Shown here piece by piece: positions 27,671 through 38,668 of a stretch of 64,000 bases of DNA; position 1 is the first letter of the stretch; every line of letters starts with the position of its first letter. The translations under genes were made by a program, and so were the position numbers. The notes beneath the pieces were generated by a model. That model saw nothing but the letters and a program-made list of their open reading frames with translations. It had not been told where the DNA came from and searched no databases. The stretch is from NCBI GenBank assembly GCA_040081625.1, contig JBEBGD010000001.1:96001-160000 (forward strand). Reading direction: 5' to 3'. The stretch is from Chthoniobacteraceae bacterium. GTDB taxonomy: Bacteria > Verrucomicrobiota > Verrucomicrobiia > Chthoniobacterales > Chthoniobacteraceae.

Positions 27671-28309
27671 TTAGGAAGGGTTCGGTGGTTTGGGTTCGCC
27701 GTGGCCGCTCGCGTGGAGCTGCCGGATGCCGTCGAGGACGTAGCCGACCGCCGAGATCACGGTGAAAAGGCCCGCCAGATACACCGGCACGTCGAGGAAC
27801 TCCAATGAACGATGCCAGTTTCCGATCCGCGCCTCGAACAACTCGGCGTTCCATTGCAGCATCACCAGCGAGAGCGCGACCATCGTCAGCGCTGTTGCGG
27901 TCTTCCCCGGCCAGCTCGGCCGCACCCGGATTTCGCCGGTGAGAATGTGCAGCACGAGCGCGCCGGCGATCACGAGCACGTCGCGCGCGATCACGACCAC
28001 CGGGAACCACAGCGGCAGCTCGTAGTTCCAGTTGCTCACGCTCAGCGTGATGATCGCGGCGAGCATGAGCCCCTTGTCGGCGATCGGGTCCAGGATCGCG
28101 CCGAGTTGCGTGCGCTGCCCGCGATGGCGCGCGAGCCAGCCGTCCACGCCGTCGCTGATCGCGGCCACGATGAAGATTGCGATGGTCACATAGCGCTGCC
28201 ACTCCTGTGGGTCGCCTTTGCTCACCCCGCGGCCATAATACACCGCCGTCATCACGAAGAATGGGATGAGGAAGATGCGACCGAAGGTGATCTTGTTGGC
28301 GGTGGTCAT
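27671..28309 (-). CDS. pgsA: CDP-alcohol phosphatidyltransferase (PgsA-like)
   Basis: ANKITFGR; SDGVDGWLAR...GAILDPIADK. Confidence 0.85.
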   Translation of the reverse strand: MTTANKITFGRIFLIPFFVMTAVYYGRGVSKGDPQEWQRYVTIAIFIVAAISDGVDGWLARHRGQRTQLGAILDPIADKGLMLAAIITLSVSNWNYELPLWFPVVVIARDVLVIAGALVLHILTGEIRVRPSWPGKTATALTMVALSLVMLQWNAELFEARIGNWHRSLEFLDVPVYLAGLFTVISAVGYVLDGIRQLHASGHGEPKPPNPS

Positions 28310-28382
28310 CGTTTGGAGCGCGTCTTCCTACGGGCAATTGTGGCTGGAAAGCAACCCGCCGCCGCCGCATCAATGCGCGCCC

Positions 28383-30227
28383 ATGCCGCCGCCCACTTCA
28401 CCGCTTCGCTCTCCTGCTGCCTCGATCGAATGGCGCAAGAACGACTTCACGGCCTACGCGGTCGGCCACGACGAGCAAGGCGTGATGCTGCGCGGCGAAG
28501 CCCCGCACCTGCTGCCGGGCTTCATCGTCGATTTCGTGAACTCGTGCGATGACTTCGCGCCCATCGAGCGCCACATCGCGCGGTATGCGGAGCGGCACGC
28601 GTGGGGGTCGCTCGAAGCCGACGCGCTCCGCTCGTGGCTGCCGCGTGTGACCGACTCGCGCCTGATGGTCTCCGCCACAGATGTGCTCGCCGCGTGCGCG
28701 CGTCACACCGCGCCGCCGCCGCCGCCGATCGCGACGATCGGCTTTCCGACGGGTGGCGATCGTGTCGATCTGGTCGGCCGCGCGCTCGCGAGCTTCGCGG
28801 GCAATGCGCGGACCTACGACCGGCGCGTCGAGTTTCTCGTCGCCGACAGCTCCGCGGCACCGGCGCAGCGCGCGGCGTTTCGCGAGGCGGGGAGCGGTTG
28901 GGCGAAGATGCACGACGTGCGCGTGCGCTACGCCGGCGACGAGGAGAAGCGCCGGCTCTCCGCGGAGTTGGTGCTCCGTGGCATCGCGCCGGACGCGGTC
29001 GAATTCGCGCTCTTCGATCCGCTTGCCATCGGCTTCGCGTGCGGCGCGAATCGCAACGCGCTACTGCTCCACGAGGCGGGCCGGATGTTTTGCAGCATCG
29101 ACGATGACGTGGTTTGCGAACTCGCCGCCGCGCCGCCGGTCGATGCGCGGCTGAAACTGTTTTCCTCGTGCGATCCGTTCACCCGCTGGCTCTTCGGCGA
29201 CCGCGCCGCCGCGCTCGCGCACGCCGGCACGGTCGAGGCGGATTTTCTCGGCTCGCACGAGGCGCTGCTCGGGCGCGGACTCGCGGAACTGGGCGCAGGC
29301 GTGGAAGTCGGGAGTCTGGACGTGTCGCAAGTGGGCGACGATTTCCTGCGGCGCCTGTGGGTCGCGCAAGGTCGCGTGCGCGCGAGCTTCAGCGGACACG
29401 CCGGCGATCCGGGCGTGCCGACCTCGATCTACTACCTCTACTACGAGGGCGAAAACCGCCGGCGCTTCACGGAGAGCGAGGCAGCGTATCGCGCCGCGCT
29501 CGCCAGCAGGAGTGTCTTCGCGCTCGCGCCGTGCGCCGCAGTCGGCGACTCGAGCACAAGTCCCGGCATGGCGATGGGGCTCGATCACCGCGAACTGCTC
29601 CCGCCGTTTTTCCCGGTGCTGCACGCCGAGGACTTCACCTACGGTGCGACGCTCTGGCAGACGGTGGGCGATGCCTTCCTCGCGCACGCGCCGCTCGCCG
29701 TGCGGCACGATCCGCGACCGGGCAAGACCATCCTCCAGCCGCGCGACCTCGGGCCGGAGCGGCGCGCGGTGGTCTTCGAGTTCTCGCATCTCATCCGGCG
29801 GATCATCCTGCGCTTCCAGCGCCACGAGAGCGCCGCGCCTGCGGAGCGCATGCGCCAACTCGGGCGCCATCTCGCCTCACTCGCCGCACAGCCGCCGGCA
29901 GACTTCGTCGAATGCATCCGCGGACAATTGCTCGAGCACGAGAGCGCGAAGCTCGACCGCCTCGAGGAGGAACTGCGCGAGGACACCACGACCCGCGACT
30001 GGTGGCGGGACGATCTCGAAGTCCACCTCGCGCACGTGCGCGACGCGCTCACGCACGACGATTTCGACATCCCCTTCGACATGAAGTGTGATCGCTCCGA
30101 CGCGGAGAATCGCGTGCTCATGCAGGAGCTTTTTGCGCGTTTCGGCCTGCTGCTCGAAGCGTGGCCGGACTTGGTCAGCGCCGCGCGGGAGATCAACGCG
30201 ACGCTCGACTGGATGCCGGCGCTTTAG
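28383..30227 (+). CDS. Hypothetical protein with GT-A/GT2-like core and extra N-terminal domain
   Basis: IGFPT..DR..RAL.S, FLVADSS, GANRNALL, FCSIDDD, LHAEDF. Divergent from pgsA; start uncertain. Confidence 0.6.
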   Translation: MPPPTSPLRSPAASIEWRKNDFTAYAVGHDEQGVMLRGEAPHLLPGFIVDFVNSCDDFAPIERHIARYAERHAWGSLEADALRSWLPRVTDSRLMVSATDVLAACARHTAPPPPPIATIGFPTGGDRVDLVGRALASFAGNARTYDRRVEFLVADSSAAPAQRAAFREAGSGWAKMHDVRVRYAGDEEKRRLSAELVLRGIAPDAVEFALFDPLAIGFACGANRNALLLHEAGRMFCSIDDDVVCELAAAPPVDARLKLFSSCDPFTRWLFGDRAAALAHAGTVEADFLGSHEALLGRGLAELGAGVEVGSLDVSQVGDDFLRRLWVAQGRVRASFSGHAGDPGVPTSIYYLYYEGENRRRFTESEAAYRAALASRSVFALAPCAAVGDSSTSPGMAMGLDHRELLPPFFPVLHAEDFTYGATLWQTVGDAFLAHAPLAVRHDPRPGKTILQPRDLGPERRAVVFEFSHLIRRIILRFQRHESAAPAERMRQLGRHLASLAAQPPADFVECIRGQLLEHESAKLDRLEEELREDTTTRDWWRDDLEVHLAHVRDALTHDDFDIPFDMKCDRSDAENRVLMQELFARFGLLLEAWPDLVSAAREINATLDWMPAL

Positions 30228-30994
30228 CCGCCAAACAATCGCTCGAAATTCTCCGCGACGATTCTCTCGAGCTGCTCAGCCGGGAGTCCGCGCAGGTCTC
30301 CGAGCGTCGCGTAAGCTAGGTCGATATTTCCCGGGTGATTCAGCCCACCCGGTAGTGATCGCGGGTTTCGATCCTCGGGCGGAGAGAGGTCGGGCGCGTC
30401 GGTTTCGATGAGCACGCGATCGATCGGCAGATGCCGGAAGACATCGCGCTGCGCTGCCTTTCGGTCGTGCAGGAAGTGGGTGCTGAAACTGAAATACGCG
30501 CCGCGTTCGACGAAGCCGGCGACCATCTCCGCCGGGCCGCCATACGCGTGGAGCAGGAAACCGGCGGGCAGGTCGCGCTCGCGCAGCACTTCCCACAGCG
30601 CGCCCCACGCGCGGATGCAGTGGATGGTCGCGGGGCGGCGCAGCTCGGCGGCAAGATCGAGCTGCGCGATGAAGATGGGCGTCTGCACGGCGAGGTCGTG
30701 GCCTTCGACCCAGCGGTCGAGGCCGATCTCGCCGATGGCGGCGCGCGGGTCGGCTACGAGGATCTCGCGCAGGGTGTCGGGCCAGCGGTCGGTGCGGTCG
30801 CGCACATGCCACGGATGCAGGCCGTAGCTTGGCTTGCCGAAGCCGAGCGCCGTGACCGCGTCCCAGTCGCTCTCGCGCGTTCCGTTGACCACCGCCGACG
30901 AAACACCGATGCGCTTCAGCTCCGCGAAGATCTCTGCGCGATGCGGCGCGAGCCGCGCGTCGTGGAGGTGATTGTGCGCGTCGAGGTAGTTCAC
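30224..30994 (-). CDS. tatD: TatD-family metallohydrolase
   Basis: DAHNH, GLHPW, IGEIGLD, IHC, LHAY, ETDAP; GTG start overlaps the sufE stop. Confidence 0.9.
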   Translation of the reverse strand: MNYLDAHNHLHDARLAPHRAEIFAELKRIGVSSAVVNGTRESDWDAVTALGFGKPSYGLHPWHVRDRTDRWPDTLREILVADPRAAIGEIGLDRWVEGHDLAVQTPIFIAQLDLAAELRRPATIHCIRAWGALWEVLRERDLPAGFLLHAYGGPAEMVAGFVERGAYFSFSTHFLHDRKAAQRDVFRHLPIDRVLIETDAPDLSPPEDRNPRSLPGGLNHPGNIDLAYATLGDLRGLPAEQLERIVAENFERLFGG

Positions 30995-31401
30995 GCGTGA
31001 GCCTCGGCGAAGCTGCGGATGCTCGCGCGGATGCTCGCCATGCCGTGGAGCCGGGTGGGGGAGAGCATCCGATCGAGCCCGAGCACAGCGATTAACTCCG
31101 GTTCGACGGCGATGGCGTCGGCGGGCGTCGCGCCGTCGTAGAGTTCGCAGAGCAGCGCTGCGAGGCCCTTCACGAGATGCGAGTCGGCATCCATGCGAAA
31201 GCGGCACGCGCCATCGATCAGCTCGCCGGCGAGCCACACGCGCGAGCTGCAGCCCGGAACGAGCGCCGCGTCGGTGCGCTCGGAGTCAGCCGGCGCGGGC
31301 CACTTCTTTCCGCGCGCGGTGATCGCCGCGAGGCGCTCGTGCGCATCCTCGATCAAGAGAAGGCGCGCGATCAGCGCGGCCTGCTTTTCGAGGAGCGACA
31401 T
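30991..31401 (-). CDS. sufE: SufE-family sulfur acceptor
   Basis: VPGCSSRVWL, DADSHLVKGL, LSPTRLHG. Confidence 0.9.
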   Translation of the reverse strand: MSLLEKQAALIARLLLIEDAHERLAAITARGKKWPAPADSERTDAALVPGCSSRVWLAGELIDGACRFRMDADSHLVKGLAALLCELYDGATPADAIAVEPELIAVLGLDRMLSPTRLHGMASIRASIRSFAEAHA

Positions 31402-31403
31402 CG

Positions 31404-31946
31404 CTACCGGCGGACGAGTTCGAGAGCGCGCGCGGCGATGCCCTCGACGTTCCAAAGCCTGCCGAGTCCCTCGTAGCCGCAAGCGAGCAAACCGTCCTCC
31501 GGCCCGATGAACTCCGCGCCGCGCACCCTGAGGGTCGCGACGTTCTGCTGTGTCGCGGCGTGCTGCCACATCTTGCCGTTCATCGCCGGCGCGATCAGCA
31601 CGGGCGCGAGCGTGGCGAGCGCGATCTCGCTGACGGCATTGCCGGCGAGGCCGCACGCCAGCTCGGCGATGACGTGCGCCGTCGCAGGTGCGACGAGCAG
31701 CAGGTTCGCGCGATCCGCGAGGTCGATGTGGCCGGGCTTCCAGCCGCGCTCGCTGTCGAAGACCTCGGTCGTGACGGGATTGCGCGAGAGGGTTTGAAGC
31801 GTGAGCGGCGTGATGAATTGCTGCGCGCCATGCGTCATGACGACGTGAACTTCCGCGCCGCCCTTCACGAGCTTGCTGACCAGATCGGCGGCCTTGTAAG
31901 CGGCGATCGAACCCGTGACGCCGACGATGATCACCGGCGCGCTCAT
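31404..31946 (-). CDS. coaC: Phosphopantothenoylcysteine decarboxylase (stand-alone CoaC flavoprotein)
   Basis: GVTGSIAAYKA, HIDL, VAPATA, APAMN..MW, LACGYEGLGRL; stops after about 180 aa with no CoaB domain. Confidence 0.88.
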   Translation of the reverse strand: MSAPVIIVGVTGSIAAYKAADLVSKLVKGGAEVHVVMTHGAQQFITPLTLQTLSRNPVTTEVFDSERGWKPGHIDLADRANLLLVAPATAHVIAELACGLAGNAVSEIALATLAPVLIAPAMNGKMWQHAATQQNVATLRVRGAEFIGPEDGLLACGYEGLGRLWNVEGIAARALELVRR

Positions 31947-32554
31947 TCGGACGAGAAGCTCATGCGATGGCTGCGCATCCGCTCGGCGAGCATAATCGCG
32001 CGGAAGTTCACGAGATCCTCCTCCGGTTTGCCGCTGAGGATCGTGTAGCGATAGGACTGCCACTCGGCCATTTCGGCGACGGCGTTGCGAAGGCGAAGCT
32101 CGACCTGGTCGGGCGTCTCGGTCCCGCGCTTGAGCAGTCGGCGTCGAAGTTCCTGCAGGCTCGCGGGCATGAGGAAGACCTCGACGAGCGATGCGCGTAT
32201 TTCCGCGTCGGCGTTGTGCCGGATGGCGGCGGCGCCTTGCACGTCCACGTCGATGAGCATGTCGTCGCCCTTGAGCAGATTTTGCATCACCGTCTCGCGC
32301 AGCGTGCCGTAGCGGTGATTGTGAACGCGGGCGTGCTCGAGGAAATCGCCGACTTGCACGCGCTGCTCGAATTCCTCGGGCGAGATGAAGAAATAGTCGC
32401 GTCCGTGTTCTTCGCCCGGACGCGGTGGACGCGTGGTGCATGAGACGGAATAGACGAAGTCGCGCGTCGGGTTGAGCAGGTTGAGCAGTGTGCTTTTGCC
32501 GCCGCCCGACGGCGCTGAAATGACGAAGAGGATGCCGCGGCGCGAGAGCGTCAT
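31943..32554 (-). CDS. gmk: Guanylate kinase
   Basis: ISAPSGGGKST, SCTTRPPRPGE..GRDYFF, YGT, DVDVQGA. Confidence 0.96.
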   Translation of the reverse strand: MTLSRRGILFVISAPSGGGKSTLLNLLNPTRDFVYSVSCTTRPPRPGEEHGRDYFFISPEEFEQRVQVGDFLEHARVHNHRYGTLRETVMQNLLKGDDMLIDVDVQGAAAIRHNADAEIRASLVEVFLMPASLQELRRRLLKRGTETPDQVELRLRNAVAEMAEWQSYRYTILSGKPEEDLVNFRAIMLAERMRSHRMSFSSE

Positions 32555-33423
32555 TCGATGTTCGAGAGTTGCTCGCGGATCTTCTCGAGCTCCGCTTTGC
32601 AGGTGACGACGAGCTGGGAAATCTCCACATCGTTGGCCTTGGCGCCGATGGTGTTGAACTCGCGCGCGATCTCCTGGCTCATGAACTCGAGCGTGCGTCC
32701 GACCGGTTCATTCTTGCGCAGGTGATGCGCGAACTGCGCGAAGTGGCTGTCGAGTCGCGTGAGTTCCTCGGTGATGTCGCACTTGTCGGCGAAGAAGATG
32801 ACTTCCCGGAGCAGGCGGTCCTCGTCGATCGGCAGCTCGATGCCGGCCTTCTGAATCCGGTCGTGCAGGTTCTGGCGGTAACGCTTCACCACGGCCGGCT
32901 GGATTGCGCGAATCTTGCGCACGGCTTCGCGCAGGGTCTTGAGGCGATGGATGAGATCCTTTGCGAGATGCTTGCCCTCGACTTCGCGCATTTTCACGAG
33001 TTCGCGCAGCGCGACCTTGAGCGCGGACTCGACGTGCGGCCACGCCGCATCGGCATCGACCTGCTCCTCGGGCGCGCGCAGCACGCCGGGCGCGCGGAGC
33101 ACCGTCTCGATGCTGACCTGCCCGGCGGCGCCCAGCTCTTTTTGCAGCGCGATCATCGAGTCGTAGTAGGTCTTCGCGAGCGGCCGATCCAGTGCGACCT
33201 GCGCCGTGCCGCTGCTTGCGTGATGGGCGACGGCGACGGTGAGGCGGCCGCGCGAGATGTCGGCATTGACCACATCGCGCACGCGCGACTCGAGGTCGGC
33301 GAGTTCGCGCGGCAGCGAGACGAGCACGTCGTTCTGCTTCCGGTTCACGGAGTTGAGCTCGACGTTGAATTTGTTGCCATTGCTGGTCGCTTCGCCGCGT
33401 CCGTAGCCGGTCATGCTGCGCAT
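32551..33423 (-). CDS. yicC: YicC/YloC family endoribonuclease
   Basis: MRSMTGYG, SVNRK, DITEELTRL, GRTLEFMSQE..RE.NTIGAK, EKIREQ..NIE. Confidence 0.94.
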   Translation of the reverse strand: MRSMTGYGRGEATSNGNKFNVELNSVNRKQNDVLVSLPRELADLESRVRDVVNADISRGRLTVAVAHHASSGTAQVALDRPLAKTYYDSMIALQKELGAAGQVSIETVLRAPGVLRAPEEQVDADAAWPHVESALKVALRELVKMREVEGKHLAKDLIHRLKTLREAVRKIRAIQPAVVKRYRQNLHDRIQKAGIELPIDEDRLLREVIFFADKCDITEELTRLDSHFAQFAHHLRKNEPVGRTLEFMSQEIAREFNTIGAKANDVEISQLVVTCKAELEKIREQLSNIE

Positions 33424-33436
33424 AGAGGTGGCGACG

Positions 33437-34674
<1,238 letters not shown>

Positions 34675-34678
<4 letters not shown>

Positions 34679-35373
34679 GGAAGCGGCGAGGCTACCGGGA
34701 AGCTGCGCGCGCGCAAACGGGCAAGTGCGTCCGGGTCGGGCGGGTCGGCTTCAGCGCCGGGATGGAAGTAGATCTCGCTCGTGCCTTCGCCGGCTTGCGC
34801 GAATGCGCGCTCGAACGCGGCGAGCGTCATGCGGCCCGTGTCTCGCAGGCCGAAGACGCGATCTGCGAATCCGATGCCGGTGCGCAGGTGAGGAATCGCG
34901 GCGCGGCTGAGTCGCTCGAAAATCCACGGGAGCAGCGCGGGCGGGCCGGGTTCGCGGACGAGTCGGGTGAAGGTGAAGCCATGCTCGCGAGCGATGGGCA
35001 GCGTGAGCCGGAGCACGACCGGGTGCAGGTGCAGGTGCAGGTGCCCGTCCCAATACGCCGGCGCGAAACCAAGCGCGCGAAACTTCCCGAACTGCGCGGC
35101 GATCTCGCTGCGCAGCGGGATGCGGGCGCGCGGATCGAAGGCGAAGCGGAGGCCGTGCAGCGCGGGCGAGCGCTCGCAAAGCGCAAGGTGCAGGCCGACG
35201 CGCAACGCGGGATTCCGCCGCGCGATGGCGACGGCCTCCTCGACGTGCGGCGCGGCGACCATGAGGCTGGCACGGTCGAGCGCGCCGGCGCGGTGGTAGC
35301 GCTCGATCTGCGCGTTCACTTCCGGGCTCAGGCCGAAGTCGTCGCCGGTGATGAGGATTTCGCGCGCTGGCAT
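34675..35373 (-). CDS. ChbG/HpnK (YdjC) family deacetylase
   Basis: ITGDDFG, ASLMV, VGLHL, DGHLH, EIYFHP. Confidence 0.85.
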
Positions 35374-35462
35374 CGGCGGACATCGAACCGAACGCCGCGC
35401 CGCGCGCAAGCTTGCGACGAATTGCTTTCGTCCGCGCGAGTCCCGGGCTTAGCTGCGCCGAC

Positions 35463-36299
35463 ATGGTCGAAATCGGTCGTCGCCACAAATTGCGCGCAGT
35501 TCGCGCCGCCCCGCCGGGGCTTTTCCTCGACGGGGAAGACCTCGGCGAAATCCTGCTGCCGGGCAGCCTCATCCCGCCGGGCGTCGGCATCGGCGGCGAC
35601 GTCGATGTCTTCATCTATTGCGACTCGGAAGATCGGCTCGTGGCGACCACGACGATGCCGCGCGTGATGGCGGGTGAAGTCGAGTGCCTGGAAGTCGTCG
35701 GTGGCAACCGGCAACTCGGCGCCTTCCTCGACTGGGGTCTGCCCAAGGATTTGCTGCTCCCGATGCGCGACCAGACCGGCCGCATTCGTGACGGCGATCG
35801 GGTGGTCGTCTTCGTTTACGTCGATGAAGTCTCCGGTCGCATCGTGGCGAGCATGCGGCTGGACAAGTTTTTGGATCGCGAGCCACCGCGCTACGAACCG
35901 GGGCAGCGCGTGGCCTTGCTCATCGCCGAGGAGACCGATCTCGGTTACAAGGCGGTCATCGAAAACGCGCACTGGGGTCTGCTCTACCACAGCGATCTCG
36001 GCGCCGGGCTCGCTGTCGGCGCGCGGTTGGATGGCTACGTCCGTGAGATCCGGCCCGATGGAAAAATCGACCTCACGCTCAGCCGGGCCGGCCGCAGCAC
36101 CGTGCCGCCGCTCGCGCTACGCATCGTCGAGGCGTTGCGTGCAAACGGCGGCCAGCTCGACCTCGACGACAGCAGCCCGCCCGAGCTGATCCGTGCGAGA
36201 TTTTCGGTGAGCAAGAAGGCATTCAAGCAAGCCATCGGCGCGCTCTATCGCGAACGGCGCATCCGGCTTGATGGCGGAGCGATTCGGCTGGTCGAGTGA
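35463..36299 (+). CDS. cvfB: CvfB-family S1-domain RNA-binding protein
   Basis: VFIYCDSEDRLVATT, GAFLDWGLPKDLL, RPDGKIDL, SKKAFKQAIGALY. Confidence 0.9.
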   Translation: MVEIGRRHKLRAVRAAPPGLFLDGEDLGEILLPGSLIPPGVGIGGDVDVFIYCDSEDRLVATTTMPRVMAGEVECLEVVGGNRQLGAFLDWGLPKDLLLPMRDQTGRIRDGDRVVVFVYVDEVSGRIVASMRLDKFLDREPPRYEPGQRVALLIAEETDLGYKAVIENAHWGLLYHSDLGAGLAVGARLDGYVREIRPDGKIDLTLSRAGRSTVPPLALRIVEALRANGGQLDLDDSSPPELIRARFSVSKKAFKQAIGALYRERRIRLDGGAIRLVE

Positions 36300-36395
36300 T
36301 TCGATGTTCGCCGCCGTAATTCTCCCGGCCATTTTCATGCGACTTTTTGGCAAGGACACGCAGCGGGTTTTCAGCGAGGAAGGCGCGCACTCTCG

Positions 36396-37925
36396 ATGAT
36401 CTCTCCGCGTATCACCTCCCGGTTTCTCCTGCTGTTTGCGCTGATTTCCGCGCGGCTGGCCGCGCAGGTGCCGGCGCCATGGAACCAGCACGGGGGCGAT
36501 CCGCAGCACTCGGCGATCGCGGCGATGCCGTCGCAGTCGCTGGCGAGCATCCGCTGGAGCACGACGGTGGACGAGAACAACCCGGCGGCGCCGATCCTGA
36601 TTCACTACGGTTCGCCGCTGGCGACGGCGGCGAATACGATCATCGTTCCGGTGCGTGCGACGGGTGGTGCGTATCGCGTCGAGGCGCGGCGGGGCAGCGA
36701 TGGCTCGATGCTTTGGGGCAGGACGACCGACTTCATCAATGCGCCGTCGCGCGGTGGCTGGGTGCCGAATTTCTCGCCCGCGTTGTCGTCGTCCGGCTCG
36801 CTCTTCTATCAAGGCATCGGCGGCACCGTGTATCGTGTGGACAATCCGAATGCACAGTCCGTCGCGCCGGTGCAGCTCAGTTTTCTAGCCGACTACGCGG
36901 CGAACAAGGCGGCTTACGACGGCACGGTTTTCGTCAGCACGCCGATCACCTCGGATACGGCGGGGAATGTCTATTTCGGCTACGAAGTGAGCGGCTCGGC
37001 ACCGGGCGGGCTGACGAGCGGGATCGCGCGGATCGAGCCGAATGGGAACGCGGTTTATACCTCGGCGGACATCGCGGCGGGGCTCTCGGGCGCGACTGGT
37101 TTTCGCATGGGCACAAACAGCGCGCCGGCTCTCTCGCACGATGGTTCCAAGCTTTACGTCGCGCTCAAGGGCGATAGCGGATCCTATCTCGCGGCGATCG
37201 ATAGCGCGACGCTCGCGCCGCAGCAGCGTGTCGCGCTCACTGGTTTCATTCACGACGCCGGCACCTCATCGCCGACGGTCGGGCCGGACGGGCATGTGTA
37301 TTTCGGGGCGCTGCCCGGTTACCATTCCCGCGGGACGCTCCAGCATTTTTCCGGGGATCTTTCGCAGACGTTCACGCCGGGCTCGTTCGGGTGGGATCAG
37401 ACCGTCTCGATCGTGCCGGCGTCGATGGTGCCGGGTTACACGGGTCCGTCGAGCTACCTGATCTTTTCCAAATACAACGACTACAAGCAGGCGGGCGGGA
37501 CCGGGCTCAACCAGCTCGCGATTCTCGATCCGAACGACACGCAGATCGACCCGGTCACGGGTCAGCCTGTGATGAAGGAAGTGCTGACGATCGCGGGCGT
37601 GACGCCCGACGGCGCGGCGCCCGCGGTGCGCGAGTGGTGCATCAATACGTCGGTGGTCGATCCGTTCACGGGCTCGATCCTGGCGAACAGCGAGGACGGG
37701 CGCCTTTACCGCTGGGACCTGGCGACGAACAGCTTCACGGAGACGATCGAACTGGTCGCGGTGGGGGCGCGCGAAGCTTACACGCCGACGATGATGGGAC
37801 CGGACGGGACGGTGTATGCGATCAACCGCGCGAGGCTTTTCGCCGTCGGCGTGCCCGAACCGGGTGTGGCGGCGCTGCTGGCGGTTGGCGCGCTCGTGCT
37901 CTGCCGGCGTCAGCGGCGGCGGTAG
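36396..37925 (+). CDS. PEP-CTERM surface protein, probable beta-propeller
   Basis: Signal peptide; C-terminal VPEP + TM helix + RRQRRR; repeated SP..G.VY blades. Confidence 0.85.
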   Translation: MISPRITSRFLLLFALISARLAAQVPAPWNQHGGDPQHSAIAAMPSQSLASIRWSTTVDENNPAAPILIHYGSPLATAANTIIVPVRATGGAYRVEARRGSDGSMLWGRTTDFINAPSRGGWVPNFSPALSSSGSLFYQGIGGTVYRVDNPNAQSVAPVQLSFLADYAANKAAYDGTVFVSTPITSDTAGNVYFGYEVSGSAPGGLTSGIARIEPNGNAVYTSADIAAGLSGATGFRMGTNSAPALSHDGSKLYVALKGDSGSYLAAIDSATLAPQQRVALTGFIHDAGTSSPTVGPDGHVYFGALPGYHSRGTLQHFSGDLSQTFTPGSFGWDQTVSIVPASMVPGYTGPSSYLIFSKYNDYKQAGGTGLNQLAILDPNDTQIDPVTGQPVMKEVLTIAGVTPDGAAPAVREWCINTSVVDPFTGSILANSEDGRLYRWDLATNSFTETIELVAVGAREAYTPTMMGPDGTVYAINRARLFAVGVPEPGVAALLAVGALVLCRRQRRR

Positions 37926-38623
37926 AATGCGCGGTGCAGCGTGAGGAGGCGCGCGAGTTCGACGATCGGAGTGGTGTGATCGTCCACGCGCAGGTCGATG
38001 TAACGATCGTTGTCGCCGCCGGGGCCGGCGTTCGCGCGGACCACGAGCAGCGCGGCGCTCTGCTGCCCGCGCCGGTCGCCGCCGGCGGCTTGCGCTGCTT
38101 CGAGCGCGGCGACGAGCCACTCGGCGAGTTCGCCTTCGCCGGTGGCGCGCGCTTTCTCGAAGGCAGTGGCCATGGCGGGAATGACGGCGTCGCCGGCGAG
38201 GAGGTTGCCCTGCACGGAGAAGTGCTCGCCGGTGTGATGCGCCGCGGTGGCGATGCACTCGGTGCCGGTGTGCGCGGCGACGCGGCCGGTGGCGTCGATC
38301 ATCGCGACCTGTCGCACGGCGCGGCGCTCGTCTCTGGAAAGGAGGCTGGCGAGGGCTTCGTTTGGCGCTTTGCCGACTGCCATGAGCGCGAGGCCGTCGG
38401 GGCCGTAGCCGACTTTCGCGAGGGCCTGCGTGGCGACGGCGCCGACGCCCGCCTTCGCCCACGGCACGACGCTGCCGACGCCGAAATACTTGCTCTGCAC
38501 GGCGATGCCGAGGTCGCCGGTTTTCGGGTCGAAGGCGACGATGGAGAAGGTGTGGACGGCGGGATCTGCAGCGCGCGCGGTGGCGATGACGAAGAGGAAG
38601 GCGAGGAGGTAGAGGCTGCGCAT
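37910..38623 (-). CDS. DUF1028 family (Ntn-hydrolase-like) protein with signal peptide
   Basis: TFSIVA.D, GAVATQ, QGNLL, GGDRRGQQSAAL, DLRVDDH. Confidence 0.9.
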   Translation of the reverse strand: MRSLYLLAFLFVIATARAADPAVHTFSIVAFDPKTGDLGIAVQSKYFGVGSVVPWAKAGVGAVATQALAKVGYGPDGLALMAVGKAPNEALASLLSRDERRAVRQVAMIDATGRVAAHTGTECIATAAHHTGEHFSVQGNLLAGDAVIPAMATAFEKARATGEGELAEWLVAALEAAQAAGGDRRGQQSAALLVVRANAGPGGDNDRYIDLRVDDHTTPIVELARLLTLHRAFYRRR

Positions 38624-38668
38624 CGGTGCGGTGTAGCAGAGCGCGGGAGCGCGTGCTATCCCTCAGCC

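Noticed and set aside
27675..27700. Possible heptamer periodicity at the pgsA 3' end (GAACCCA AACCACC GAACCCT on the minus strand)
   Set aside because: Too degenerate; a Pro-rich tail explains it.
35022..35045. (GGTGCA)n hexamer repeat
   Set aside because: It encodes the His-rich [10 protein letters not shown] metal motif in frame, so it is explained at the codon level.
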